Source: an uncultured Candidatus Binatia bacterium (lineage in GTDB: Bacteria > Desulfobacterota > Binatia > UBA9968 > JAJDTQ01). Taken from it: DNA of 64,000 nt. The number at the start of each line of letters is the position of its first letter. Within the stretch, counting starts at the first letter, position 1. Of the stretch, positions 1 to 10,974 are shown piece by piece. The notes beneath the pieces were generated by a model. That model was not told the origin of the DNA and did no database searches. It saw only the letters and a list, made by a program, of their open reading frames with translations. The translations under genes and the position numbers were made by a program. Location: positions 2,240,001 to 2,304,000 of the forward strand of contig OZ244070.1 of assembly GCA_965215605.1 (NCBI GenBank), written 5' to 3'.

Positions 1-761
1 TCGTGCGCCACCTGCTGGAGTTTCATGTCGACGGTCAGCACGACGTTGTGCCCCGGGGTGGCGTTGTGGCGGTCGATGACCCGGATCTTCCGGCCCATGG
101 CGTCGACTTCCACCTTTTCCCCGCCGCTGCGGCCGGCCAGGTGCCGCTCCCAGCTCTTTTCCAGGCCGGCCTGTCCGATGGCGTCTCCGCTCCGGTAGCC
201 CTGCCTGCGGAGTCGCTGCAACTGAGCGGCGTTGATCTCGCCCAGGTAGCCGAGTACGTGGGCCGCCACCTCGTCCGTCGAATAGCTGCGCCGCTCCCTG
301 ACGCTGACATGGACTCCCGGCAGATCGAGCTGGTGGGTCTCCACCGCTACCACAGACGGCCAGTCCACGTCGCGGACGAGAGTAACGCGTTTCGCCCCGT
401 TGCCGCCCTGGGCGGCCTCCTTGAGCCGCTCTTCGTCAACCTCCACCATCTCGGCGAGGCGCCGCAGGGTGTCTTCCTGCCCGGCATTGTCGTCCGGGAC
501 GTACTGCACGTCGAAGGACGGGCCGCTGTGGATCAGCAGGCGGTTCTTGCGGTCGAACACCAGGCCGCGGACCGCCGGGACGCGTTCCAGCCGGATACGG
601 TTGTGCTCGGACATGACGGTGTAGCGGTTGCCTTGCAGGATCTGGAGCACCCAGAGCCGGTACGTCAGGAAGGCGAAGGCCACCAGCACCAGGAGCGTGA
701 AGAGGCGTATTCGCCGTCTGAACTCCGGCAAGGTCCGGGTATTAGGCCTATGAGGAAGCAT
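1..761 (-). CDS. mrdA: Penicillin-binding protein 2, 5' part (runs off window start)
   Basis: Manual translation from ATG at 761: MLPHRPNTRTLPEFRRRIRLFTLLVLVAFAFLTYRLWVLQILQG..SEHNRIRLERVPAVRGLVFDRK, a class B PBP N-terminus; lies downstream of mreBCD. Confidence 0.9.
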   Translation of the reverse strand, partial: MLPHRPNTRTLPEFRRRIRLFTLLVLVAFAFLTYRLWVLQILQGNRYTVMSEHNRIRLERVPAVRGLVFDRKNRLLIHSGPSFDVQYVPDDNAGQEDTLRRLAEMVEVDEERLKEAAQGGNGAKRVTLVRDVDWPSVVAVETHQLDLPGVHVSVRERRSYSTDEVAAHVLGYLGEINAAQLQRLRRQGYRSGDAIGQAGLEKSWERHLAGRSGGEKVEVDAMGRKIRVIDRHNATPGHNVVLTVDMKLQQVAH

Positions 762-1272
762 TGACGTACGAAGGCGATTTCCGCGGGGTTTCCATGCGTG
801 TCTGGATCGAGCGAAGCATGACGAACAGAAACGGGGCGATGGCGGCGGAGAAGAGAGCCTCGTGGAGGATGGCTTCGGCGATGGCCATCCAGTCTCGGGC
901 GGGCGGCTCGAACAGCGGAGAAATGAAGATCAGCGTGCCGACCTTCATCCACACCGCCGCAAATACGGTGACGGCGCTCATCAGGTGGCCCCTGGCCCAG
1001 ATGTAGCGGAACACCAGGTAGACGCCGAGAAATACCACCGAGAAGGCCACGGCGTTTACGCCGGGTTGGGGACTCGACAGGATATCGATGGCGTACCCCA
1101 GCAGAAACGTCGCCCAGACGGCCTCCACCCGTGGGCGGTTGAGCGCCCAGTAGACGCACAGGGTCAGGGTCAGGTCGGGGATGATGGGAGTCCAGCTTGC
1201 GAGGTGCAGGACCGTCGCCTGCAAGATCACGAAGATCACGCCGACGCCGAAGAAGACCAGCGACACATTCAT
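748..1272 (-). CDS. mreD: Rod shape-determining protein MreD
   Basis: Hydrophobic 174 aa (MNVSLVFFGVGV..IIPDLTLTLCVYWAL..LLGYAIDILS) between mreC and mrdA. Confidence 0.88.
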   Translation of the reverse strand: MNVSLVFFGVGVIFVILQATVLHLASWTPIIPDLTLTLCVYWALNRPRVEAVWATFLLGYAIDILSSPQPGVNAVAFSVVFLGVYLVFRYIWARGHLMSAVTVFAAVWMKVGTLIFISPLFEPPARDWMAIAEAILHEALFSAAIAPFLFVMLRSIQTRMETPRKSPSYVNASS

Positions 1273-2252
1273 GGTGTAGCGGACGATGCCGGCTCGGCTA
1301 CCTCGGTCAGCGTGGACGAGAAGGCGCGTTTGGGCTTGTCGGAAATGAAGAGCACTTCCTCCATCACCAACGGATCCACGGCCAGCGAGACGCGGACCTG
1401 CTGGAAGAGCCCCGGCGCATCGTCTTCGATGTCGACGATGGTCCCCACCAGGAGCCCCTTCGGGAAGGCGCCGTCCAGCCCGGAGGTGATGAGCCGGTCG
1501 CCGGCACGGACATCCTCGTTGCGGCCCATGTACTTGACCACCGGTTCGCCGTCCACGGACCCGGAGACGATGCCGCGCACCCGGGTCCGCTGGGTGATGA
1601 TATCGAGGCCGCTCTTGTGATCCGTCAACAGCAGCACCTTGGCCGTGTTCTCGTCCACCGATACCACCTTGCCGACCACTCCTCTCGGTGTAATGACCGC
1701 CATGCCCTGATGGATGCCGGCGGCCGCGCCCTTGTCCACCGTAATGGTGCGAAACCAACTGCTCGCGCTGTTGCTGATCACCGTGGCCGCCACCGATTCC
1801 CTCAGGATGCGCGTGCGGATCTCCAGCAGCTCCATCAGGCGGTCGTTGGCAAGCTTCGCCTCGAAGAGCCGGTTGCGTTCGGATTCGAGGGCGGCGATCT
1901 GCGCTTTCAGGTTGGCATTCTCGTTCCAGAGGTCCTTGAAGGCGACGTAGTTGAGCTGCAGGTTGCGCATCGTCGCGCCGACGGCGTGCAGCGCCTTCTG
2001 GAGCGGTTTTACCGATTGCGACAGGACCCGGGTTACGGCATCGGGCTGATTCGGGTTGGTGGACGAGACGGTGACGACGTAGAAGGCCAGGGCCAGCGCC
2101 AACAGACCGTTGATGGGAATCCGATACCGGCGCAACACGGGCATGACCACGACCCCGGCCTTGTTGGCGCGGGTATCCGGCTGGCGGGATCTGGAGGGCT
2201 GCTGCGATGACCGGGGCGAGTCCGCAGTGTTTTTTTTCCTGGCTGCGGCCAC
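1269..2252 (-). CDS. mreC: Rod shape-determining protein MreC
   Basis: TM anchor, coiled coil (ENANLKAQIAALE), ITVDKG..GVVGKV, LITSGLDGAFPKGLLVG; true start may be 2144. Confidence 0.92.
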   Translation of the reverse strand: MAAARKKNTADSPRSSQQPSRSRQPDTRANKAGVVVMPVLRRYRIPINGLLALALAFYVVTVSSTNPNQPDAVTRVLSQSVKPLQKALHAVGATMRNLQLNYVAFKDLWNENANLKAQIAALESERNRLFEAKLANDRLMELLEIRTRILRESVAATVISNSASSWFRTITVDKGAAAGIHQGMAVITPRGVVGKVVSVDENTAKVLLLTDHKSGLDIITQRTRVRGIVSGSVDGEPVVKYMGRNEDVRAGDRLITSGLDGAFPKGLLVGTIVDIEDDAPGLFQQVRVSLAVDPLVMEEVLFISDKPKRAFSSTLTEVAEPASSATP

Positions 2253-2269
2253 GTGCCTCTTGCGTCCTT

Positions 2270-3316
<1,047 letters not shown>

Positions 3317-3511
3317 CTAATGCCACGAATGTTATGAGAAACCCGTTTCAAGATACCAAAACTGCCTGCCGGGCACAACAAACGACAGCGAGAAAGGGAG
3401 GTTTTGCGGCTCCCCTTCACATCATCACGGCGGCTACCTATAATGACCCGATTCCCGTCCGCGGACAGGGTCGGCCTAACGGAATCGGATGACTCGAGGA
3501 GCCTCGCGCAA

Positions 3512-5413
3512 ATGCTTGACGTGATACGCAAACACAAACGGTCGTGGCTGGTGATCCTGCTGCTCGGAGTCGGCGTGCTGGCGTTCGTCATGGTGGGCGT
3601 CGGCCCCCAGGGCGGTCAGAACCAGGTGGTCACCATCGCCGAGGTGAACGGCGACCAGATTACCTACAGCGAGCTGGAGAGGCACTACTACCGCATGATT
3701 CAGACCTACCAGCAACTGTCCGGAGGCCGGCTCTCGCCCGCCGATATCGAGGCGCTCAATCTCAGGGGCCAGTTGCTGGACGAGCTGATCCAGCAACGGC
3801 TTCTGCTGCAGAGGGCGCGGGAGCTGGGGCTGCGGGTGAGCGATGAGGAACTCGTGGACGGAATCGCCCGCAACCCCGCGTTCCAGTTGGCGGGCCGGTT
3901 CGACAAAGACGTTTACGAGCAAACGCTCCTCCAGCAGGGACTCACTCCCGGGGAGTTCGAGGCCCAGCAGCGCGAATCGTTGGTGATCCAGAAGCTCCAG
4001 GACCTGATCCAGCACTCGATTCCGGTCACCGCCTCGGAAGTCGAGGAGCGCTATCGGTCGGACAACGAGGAGATCGCGCTGGACTTCGTTCGCCTCAAGA
4101 CGGACGACTTCCTCGAAGGCATCGAGATCGAGGACGAAGAGATCAAGGACTACTACGGCAAGAACGGGGCGCTGCTGCGGGAGCCCCTCAAGGTCAAGAC
4201 AAGGTACGTCGCGTACCGGGTCGATGATTTCGGCGCCGACGTCCAGATCTCCGAGGAGAACATCCAGGCCTACTACGACGTCTACCGGGACCGCCGGTTT
4301 CGCAGGCAGGAGGCGGTAAGGTTCAGCCATATCTTCATCCCGGCGGCGCCCGGGGACGCTTCGCCCGAAGAGAAGGCGGCGCCGCGAAAGCAGATGGAGG
4401 AAATTCTGAAGGAAGCGCGCGGGGGCGCCGACTTCGGCGAGCTCGCCAAGCAGCACTCGAAGGGTGAAACCGCGGCCCAGGGCGGCGACATGGGTTTCGT
4501 CGGCCGGGGCCAGTTGGTGGATGCGCTGGACGCGGCGCTGTTCTTGCTCGAGGAAAATGAGGTCAGCGAGATCGTCGAGAGTCCCGTGGGGCTGCACCTG
4601 TTGAAGGCGGTGGAGAAGCAGGAGAACGAGATCATGGCGCTCGATCAAGTGCGCGAAGATATCATCAAGGCGCTCAGGCGTGAACGCGGCGGCGCGCGGG
4701 CGGCGCGGGCCGCGGAGGATGACCGGGAGAAGGGACTCGACGGCACGCCGCTGACGGAGGCGGTCTCGCAACGGAACATCGAGGTGTCGGTGACGCGTCT
4801 GTTCAGCGCCGGCGAAACGCTCGACGAGATCGGCGGGGTGGAGGACTTCTACCGGGCGGCCCTCACGCTGAAGCCGGGTCAGATTGGCCCCATCATCGCC
4901 GCCGCCGATGCGCTGTACCTGCTGGAGGGGGTCGAGAGGATCGAACCCGCGGTGCCGCCGGTAGACGACGTAAGGGAGAAGATCCGGGAGACCCTCACCC
5001 GGAGGAAGGCCGGCGAGCAGGCCCGCGAGAAGGCGGACGCGCTGCTGGCGGCGTTGAAGGAATCGCCGGACCTCCGCAAGGCGGCGGCGGATCACGGGTT
5101 CACCGTGGAGGACACCGGCCTGTTCCCGCGCAAGCAGGCGGAGATCCCTGAAATCGGGGTGCTCCCGCTGCCGCTGGGACGCCTCACGTTGTCGGAGCGG
5201 GACCCCGTGGCGAAGGCCGCCTACGTCCGCGGCGACTCCGTGTACGTGATGGTGCTCCGCACGACCGTGGAGGCCGATCCGGCGAGGCTGGCCGGTGAGA
5301 AGGAAGAGTTGACGGAGCGGATACGGGGCGAGAAGAGGGAACGGGCGTTGAGGCGGTTGATCGAGGACCTGAAGGCCAACGCCGCGATAGAGGTCCATCC
5401 GGAGTTCATCTGA
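3512..5413 (+). CDS. ppiD: SurA/PpiD-like periplasmic peptidyl-prolyl isomerase chaperone
   Basis: MLDVIRKHKRSW + TM, SurA_N-like region, parvulin motif FGELAKQHS..GGDMGF. Confidence 0.82.
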   Translation: MLDVIRKHKRSWLVILLLGVGVLAFVMVGVGPQGGQNQVVTIAEVNGDQITYSELERHYYRMIQTYQQLSGGRLSPADIEALNLRGQLLDELIQQRLLLQRARELGLRVSDEELVDGIARNPAFQLAGRFDKDVYEQTLLQQGLTPGEFEAQQRESLVIQKLQDLIQHSIPVTASEVEERYRSDNEEIALDFVRLKTDDFLEGIEIEDEEIKDYYGKNGALLREPLKVKTRYVAYRVDDFGADVQISEENIQAYYDVYRDRRFRRQEAVRFSHIFIPAAPGDASPEEKAAPRKQMEEILKEARGGADFGELAKQHSKGETAAQGGDMGFVGRGQLVDALDAALFLLEENEVSEIVESPVGLHLLKAVEKQENEIMALDQVREDIIKALRRERGGARAARAAEDDREKGLDGTPLTEAVSQRNIEVSVTRLFSAGETLDEIGGVEDFYRAALTLKPGQIGPIIAAADALYLLEGVERIEPAVPPVDDVREKIRETLTRRKAGEQAREKADALLAALKESPDLRKAAADHGFTVEDTGLFPRKQAEIPEIGVLPLPLGRLTLSERDPVAKAAYVRGDSVYVMVLRTTVEADPARLAGEKEELTERIRGEKRERALRRLIEDLKANAAIEVHPEFI

Positions 5414-5416
5414 CGC

Positions 5417-6037
5417 ATGCAGATCTTCCTGCTACGTCACGGCGAGACCCGCTGGAACCGGGAGGGCCGGTGCCAGGGGAGCTCGGACATCGAGCTCAAC
5501 GAGGCCGGTCACCGGCAGGCGGGCGAAGTCGCCCGGCAACTCAGCCGTTGCAGGATCGACGCGGTCTATTCGAGCGATCTGCGGCGCGCGCTGCAAACCG
5601 CGGAGATCGTCGGCGGGCCCCACGGCGTTCCGATCACCATCGAGCCCGGCCTGCGGGAGCTCGACCACGGCGAGATGGAAGGGCTGACGTTCGTGGAAGT
5701 GCGGGAGCGGTTCGCCGGATTGATCGAAGAGTGGCGCTCGGAACCGGTGGCCGTGGTGTTGCCCGGCGGCGAGCGTCTCGGGGACGTGGACCGGCGGGCC
5801 TGGTCGGCGCTCAATCGCATTGTCGAGAGTCACGACGACGGCGACACCATCGTCGTGGTCAGCCACAACTTCCCCATTCTTTCCGTGTTGTGCCGAATCA
5901 GCCGGACGCCGCTGGACCGTTACCGCACCTTCCACCTGAATCCCTGTGACTTCAGTCACGTGAGCTTTACGCGTTCGAAGGGCTGGGAGATCCGGGAGGT
6001 CGTGACCGACCCGTCACAATTCGGCGAGTCAGCCTGA
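5417..6037 (+). CDS. Histidine phosphatase family protein (PGM/CobC-like)
   Basis: LLRHGET, YSSDLRRALQTA, VVSH motifs. Confidence 0.9.
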   Translation: MQIFLLRHGETRWNREGRCQGSSDIELNEAGHRQAGEVARQLSRCRIDAVYSSDLRRALQTAEIVGGPHGVPITIEPGLRELDHGEMEGLTFVEVRERFAGLIEEWRSEPVAVVLPGGERLGDVDRRAWSALNRIVESHDDGDTIVVVSHNFPILSVLCRISRTPLDRYRTFHLNPCDFSHVSFTRSKGWEIREVVTDPSQFGESA

Positions 6038-6052
6038 GAAAAGGAGGGTTCC

Positions 6053-6439
6053 ATGAGAATCGTTCACACCATGATACGTGTCAATCACCTGGATGAGAGC
6101 CTCAAGTTCTACTGCGACGGGTTGGGGATGAAGGTCTTGAAGCGGAAGGACTACGAGTCGGGCCGTTTCACCAACACCTTCGTGGGCTACGGGTCCGAGG
6201 ACGACAGCGCCGTCATCGAGCTCACCTACAACTGGGACACCCACGAGTACGACATGGGCGACGGCTTCGGCCATATCGCCATCGGGGTGCCCGACGTGTA
6301 CGCCACCTGCGACGACCTGCGCAAGAAGGGGGTCAAGATCACGCGCGACGCGGGTCCCATGAAGCATGGCGGCGGGGTGATCGCGTTTGTCGAAGATCCC
6401 AACGGGTACAAGATCGAGCTCACCACGCGGAAGGAGTAG
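6053..6439 (+). CDS. gloA: Lactoylglutathione lyase (glyoxalase I)
   Basis: HTMIRV, IELTYNWD, GFGHIAIGV, FVEDPNGYKIEL. Confidence 0.93.
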   Translation: MRIVHTMIRVNHLDESLKFYCDGLGMKVLKRKDYESGRFTNTFVGYGSEDDSAVIELTYNWDTHEYDMGDGFGHIAIGVPDVYATCDDLRKKGVKITRDAGPMKHGGGVIAFVEDPNGYKIELTTRKE

Positions 6440-6673
6440 GGGCGAACCGGTGCCGGCGGCGGAGTCGGAGTCGGATTCGGTGCCGGTGCCGAGCGAGCGG
6501 GGTGGGCGGCGTCCCGGAAATCAGGCGACGGTATTGCCGGGCTGTGTTGTTCTGCGTCGCCCGGGACGCGGTGGTTGACCGCGTGTCGTGGATTACGTCC
6601 GCCGGCCGTCGACAGATTTCCGGGACGCCGCCCGCCCCGCTCTCAGCACGGCGGTGATTGCCGGCACGTGATG

Positions 6674-6838
6674 CTAGTGTCCTGTCCGGTTAGTTCGCAT
6701 GATGAGATGCGGAGGATTTTTTGTTGTCGGCAAGGCGCGATGACGAGCAGTGGCGGGCACCACGCGAGGAAGAGCAACGCAGCCGACGGCAAAAAAGACC
6801 CGCAGATTATTATGCGAACTAACCGGACAGGACACTAG
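6674..6838. mobile_element. MITE-like non-autonomous element (~165 bp) with 27-bp perfect terminal inverted repeats
   Basis: CTAGTGTCCTGTCCGGTTAGTTCGCAT (6674-6700) and its exact reverse complement (6812-6838); internal imperfect IR TTTTTTGTTGTCGGC/GCCGACGGCAAAAAA; no transposase. Confidence 0.75.
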
Positions 6839-6847
6839 GGGGAGTTG

Positions 6848-7750
6848 ATGAAATTCGGGGTATGTCTCACGCACTACGGCCGGGAGATCGGGAGCGCGGA
6901 GTTGGTGGAGGCGGTGGGGGAGATCGAGCGGTTGGGGTTCGACTCCATCTGGGTCACGGACCACGTGGTCATCCCGGAGGGTGTGCGTGAGGCGCAGTCG
7001 ATCTACCGCGAGCATATGTTGGAGGCCTTTACGGTGTTCAGCTACCTGGCCGCGGTCTCCCGGCGGGCGCAGCTCGGCAGCAGCATCATCGTGCTGGCGT
7101 ACCGCAATCCCGTGGTCATGGCCAAAATGCTGGCCAGCATCGACGTCCTCTCCGGCGGGAGGGTCATCTTCGGGGCCGCTGCCGGGTACATGGAAGGGGA
7201 GTTCGACGCCTTGGGGGCGCGTTTCGAGGAGCGGGGCGAGGTGAGCGACGAGTACCTGCGCGTCATCCGCGAGATCTGGACCCACGACCGGACCAGCTTC
7301 AGCGGCAGGTACTTCAACTTCCACGAGGTCTACACGTCTCCGCGGCCCGTGCAGCGGCCGGGACCGCCCATCTGGATCGGCGGCAGGAGCAAGAGGGCCA
7401 TGCGGCGGGCGGTGGAGTTGGGCGACGGGTGGCACCCGATCGGCCTCACCGCTCAGGAGATGAAAGAGGGAAGGGTCTACATGGCCGGGCTGTGCGAACG
7501 GCGGGGGATCGCCCGGGTGCCCGCCATGTCGTTGCGCGCCAATCTCCTCATCGACGGCGTCTCGGAGCCGGTGGGACCCTACGCGGGCCGGGCGGGCAAC
7601 ACGCCGTTCAAGGGGGAGCCGTCACGGATCCGGGACCGCGTCGCGGAGTTCGAAGAAGCCGGCGTCGAGCACATCGTGCTGGACATGGCGACCCTGTCAC
7701 ACCCGAGCTTCCTGCGGACCCTTGAGGTCTTCGCGGCCGAGGTGTCGTAG
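6848..7750 (+). CDS. LLM-class (probably F420-dependent) oxidoreductase
   Basis: GFDSIWVTDHVVIP, YRNPVVMAKMLASIDVLSGGR, PVQRPGPPIWIGG, GDGWHP. Confidence 0.88.
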   Translation: MKFGVCLTHYGREIGSAELVEAVGEIERLGFDSIWVTDHVVIPEGVREAQSIYREHMLEAFTVFSYLAAVSRRAQLGSSIIVLAYRNPVVMAKMLASIDVLSGGRVIFGAAAGYMEGEFDALGARFEERGEVSDEYLRVIREIWTHDRTSFSGRYFNFHEVYTSPRPVQRPGPPIWIGGRSKRAMRRAVELGDGWHPIGLTAQEMKEGRVYMAGLCERRGIARVPAMSLRANLLIDGVSEPVGPYAGRAGNTPFKGEPSRIRDRVAEFEEAGVEHIVLDMATLSHPSFLRTLEVFAAEVS

Positions 7751-7771
7751 GGGCGGGTTTCAGACCCGTCC
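7747..7771 (+). repeat. GTAG-type REP-like palindrome
   Basis: GTAGGGGCGGGTTTCAGACCCGTCC; near-identical copy on the minus strand at 53677-53695. Confidence 0.55.
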
Positions 7772-7802
7772 GTGCCCCGGCTCCCCGGACCGCCCGGCCC
7801 CG

Positions 7803-8732
7803 CTACAGCCCCAGCATCTCGCGCGAAGTCCGCTCGGTCCAGGAGCGGACCTCCGCCGCGTTCTCCTGCTCGTCCACCACCGCAAGCGCCCTCTTGAGAG
7901 GGCCCAGCCCGCCGCAGTAGTCGGAGCCGAAGACCACGCCGCCGGATCCCATCACGTCGGTGAGAAAGGGCAGGGCCTTGGGCCTGACGCTGGCCGTGTC
8001 GATGAGGAAATGCTTGAGGAAGATGTCGGAGTAGCGCTTGTCGCCGTCCGGCCCCCTGTGCCTCCAGGACATCCTCTGGACCAGCAAGGGGATGCCGCCG
8101 CCGCCGCTCCGTATCACCACCTTCAGGTTCGGATGGCGGTCGAAAACGCCGCCGGCGATCATGCGCATCACGCATTCATTCACGCTTGCGTCCGACAACA
8201 CGGCGTAGGAAACCCCGGCGCCGCCGTCCTCCAGCCGCTGGAGGGTGGGATCCTTGGCGTTGCCGCTGCCGTGCAGGAACAGCGGCAGGCCGAGCTCCGA
8301 CACCTTGGCGAACACGGGGTCCAGCTCGGGGAGGTCCACCTTCATCTCGCCGTCCACCCGGGGGTAGATGAGCACCGCCTTGAAGCCACGGGCGGCCATG
8401 CGCTCGATCTCCTCCACCGAGGACTCCACGTTCTTGAGCGACAGGGCGGTGATGCCGCCGAACCGGTCAGTGTGGCCGCCGATGCGCTGCGCCAGCACGT
8501 CGTTGGACAGGCGCGCCATCTCCATGGCGTCCGCCCCGTCGAGCTGGTCGGCGTCTTCGCTGGCGCCCTGGCAGACGAGTTGGTAGTCGATGCCCGCCTC
8601 GTCCAGCTCGCCGAGCCTCTGCTCGAAGTCGACGGCGTCGTAGTCGTCGACCTTCGGCGCCTTGCCGGCCTTCCGCCGGAAAGCGTCCACCACTTCCGGG
8701 GCCGTGTGGTGTGAATGCCAATCGATCAGCAT
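7803..8732 (-). CDS. Amidohydrolase_2 family metal-dependent hydrolase/decarboxylase
   Basis: IDWHSH, LPLFLHG, GVFDRHPNLKV, VFGSDY. Confidence 0.85.
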   Translation of the reverse strand: MLIDWHSHHTAPEVVDAFRRKAGKAPKVDDYDAVDFEQRLGELDEAGIDYQLVCQGASEDADQLDGADAMEMARLSNDVLAQRIGGHTDRFGGITALSLKNVESSVEEIERMAARGFKAVLIYPRVDGEMKVDLPELDPVFAKVSELGLPLFLHGSGNAKDPTLQRLEDGGAGVSYAVLSDASVNECVMRMIAGGVFDRHPNLKVVIRSGGGGIPLLVQRMSWRHRGPDGDKRYSDIFLKHFLIDTASVRPKALPFLTDVMGSGGVVFGSDYCGGLGPLKRALAVVDEQENAAEVRSWTERTSREMLGL

Positions 8733-8935
8733 GGGTTCCTCCCTGGCGCCCTCGCGCGCGTGTCGGCGATGTTCAGGCGGGGATTATAGGTCCGGACATC
8801 GAACCGGGTCAATCGGCCGGGTCAAGCCCGGGACATGTTTGACTGGTTTCCGCGCTTGGGCTAATCGTTTGGAAATTTACGCAAGCCCCTGAACGCGCGG
8901 TTGCGCGTGCCGGCGGGCTGTCCTGGAGGAACCAA

Positions 8936-9784
8936 ATGCCGACTGCTGTCATCGACGGTATCGAGATCCACTACGAAACCTACGGCTCGGGAACGCCGCT
9001 CTTGATGCTCGCGCCGGGCGGTTTCGATTCCACCATCGAGAAGTGGCGCGTGGCCAGTGCCTGGACCGGCATCGACGCCCTGGCCAAGCTGGGCTCGGAG
9101 CATCAGGTCATCGCCTACGACCGCCGGGAGGCGGGACAGTCCGGCGGACGGGTGGAGCGTCTCACCTGGACCGCGTACGCCCGCGAGGGCAAACAGCTCC
9201 TGGACCACCTGGGGATCGATTCGGCCTTCGTCATGGGCGGCTGCATGGGTTGCTCGGTGGCGCTTTCCTTCGGCGTCAACTTTCCGGAGGCGACTTTGGG
9301 CATGATCCTGCACTGGCCGGTGGGCGGTTACCGCTGGAAGGCAGCGAGCCAGGCGCGTTTCGCCAACCACCTGAACTTCGTCAGGAAAAACGGGATCGAC
9401 GGCGTAGTGGAGCGGGCCTCCAAGGGCACGACCTTCTGGACCGATCCCGAGTCCGGCCCCTGGGCTTCGGTCATCGCGCGGGACAGCGCATTCGCCGAGC
9501 GGTTCGCTGCCGAGGACCCGGAGCGTTACATGGGCATCATCGCCACCAGCGGGCCCGACCTGTTCGACCGCGAAACCGCCACCGGCGCCACGGCGGAAGA
9601 AGTCATGGGGATCAAGGCTCCGGCCGTCATCATGCCGGGCGACGACCCCTCCCACGCCACGTCGGGCGCGCACTACCTGCGCGAGTGTCTTCCCAACGGC
9701 GAGTTCTGGAACGTCATGCCGCCGGAGCAGACCACCGAGAACGTGTGCGATCGGGCGCTGGAGTTCACCCGAGCCCACCGGTAA
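8936..9784 (+). CDS. Alpha/beta hydrolase fold protein
   Basis: IHYETYGSG, VIAYDRR, nucleophile elbow GGCMG (Cys in place of Ser). Confidence 0.82.
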   Translation: MPTAVIDGIEIHYETYGSGTPLLMLAPGGFDSTIEKWRVASAWTGIDALAKLGSEHQVIAYDRREAGQSGGRVERLTWTAYAREGKQLLDHLGIDSAFVMGGCMGCSVALSFGVNFPEATLGMILHWPVGGYRWKAASQARFANHLNFVRKNGIDGVVERASKGTTFWTDPESGPWASVIARDSAFAERFAAEDPERYMGIIATSGPDLFDRETATGATAEEVMGIKAPAVIMPGDDPSHATSGAHYLRECLPNGEFWNVMPPEQTTENVCDRALEFTRAHR

Positions 9785-9802
9785 CACGCGGGGTCGTGCA
9801 CC

Positions 9803-10846
9803 ATGGCGCTGTTCATCAAGGCGGAGGAACTCGAGGGCCTCATCTCTATCACCGAGGCCGTGGACGCCGTCGAAAAGGGGTTCGCCTCGCAGGTGGACCA
9901 TCCCATCTTCAGCCTGCCGCGCCAACGGATGCTGGCGGACAACCGCCGCATCACCGTTCATTCCGGAGGGTGCGTCCCCTTGGGCGTGGCCGGCACCTTC
10001 GTTCACTACGAACGACACAACTACACCGCCGATGACCAGAGCTACGGCGCGGTGGGGAAGCGGGTCTACGTCAGCTACGACAGCGAGAACGGCGCGCTGC
10101 TGGCCATCATCGCCGGCTGTCCGCCGTTCTACCGGCGCCAGGCGGCGGAGGACGAGTTCGCCACGGAGACGGCCATCACCAGCGCCGCCGGCACCCGGCG
10201 CATGGCCAGGGAGGACGCCCGGGTGCTGGGGATCCTCGGCACAGGCCGTCAGGCCCGGCGTCATCTGGAGGCCATGTGCGCCATCCGGCCCATCACGGAG
10301 GTCAGGGTCTACAGCCGCAGCGCCGACAACCGCCGCGCCTTCTGCGAGGCCATGCAGCCTCACGTGGACGCGGAGCTCAAACCCGTGGAACGGCCCGAGG
10401 ACGCGGCCCGGAACGTGGACATTGTCGTCTGCGCCACCGGCAGCAACTTTCCCGTGGTCTTCGGGCGGTGGCTGGAGGAGGGGGTCCACGTCACCTCCAT
10501 CGTGGGCAGCAACAAGGAACTGCTCATGGAAGGGCTGGTGAGCCGGCCCCGGCGGGAGCTGGACGACGAGGTGCTGGCCCGGGCGGACGTGATCGTGGCG
10601 ACCCTGGTGCAGCAGGGTATCCAGGACGAGCAGGGCGACCTGCTGGAACCCGTCCGGAACGGGGTCATCGCGTGGGACGACGTCAAGGACCTGAGCGCGC
10701 TGGTGACCGGGAAGGTCCAGGGACGCCGGCGCGACCGCGACATCACCCTCTTCAAGCAGAACAGCGATCAGGGCGTGGGATACATGGCCCTGGCGCGGCT
10801 GGCCCACGACAAGGCCCGGGCGGCCGGCATCGGCATGGAGTTCTGA
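9803..10846 (+). CDS. Ornithine cyclodeaminase/mu-crystallin family protein
   Basis: LGILGTGRQA, VRVYSRS, DIVVCAT, DITLFK. Confidence 0.85.
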   Translation: MALFIKAEELEGLISITEAVDAVEKGFASQVDHPIFSLPRQRMLADNRRITVHSGGCVPLGVAGTFVHYERHNYTADDQSYGAVGKRVYVSYDSENGALLAIIAGCPPFYRRQAAEDEFATETAITSAAGTRRMAREDARVLGILGTGRQARRHLEAMCAIRPITEVRVYSRSADNRRAFCEAMQPHVDAELKPVERPEDAARNVDIVVCATGSNFPVVFGRWLEEGVHVTSIVGSNKELLMEGLVSRPRRELDDEVLARADVIVATLVQQGIQDEQGDLLEPVRNGVIAWDDVKDLSALVTGKVQGRRRDRDITLFKQNSDQGVGYMALARLAHDKARAAGIGMEF

Positions 10847-10974
10847 CGCGGCGGATCTGCACTCTACGCTGCCCCGCGGCATTTTCTATCGTCGTCCGGC
10901 ATGTTATCTCTTGTATCATGCGTTCACGCGCACCGTACACGGCTTGCCGCTCACCAAGGGAAGCGAGGCGCTCG

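Noticed and set aside
6445-6495. Hexamer run GAGTCG-GAGTCG-GATTCG-GTGCCG-GTGCCG
   Set aside because: Short, degenerate low-complexity sequence; no spacers, not CRISPR
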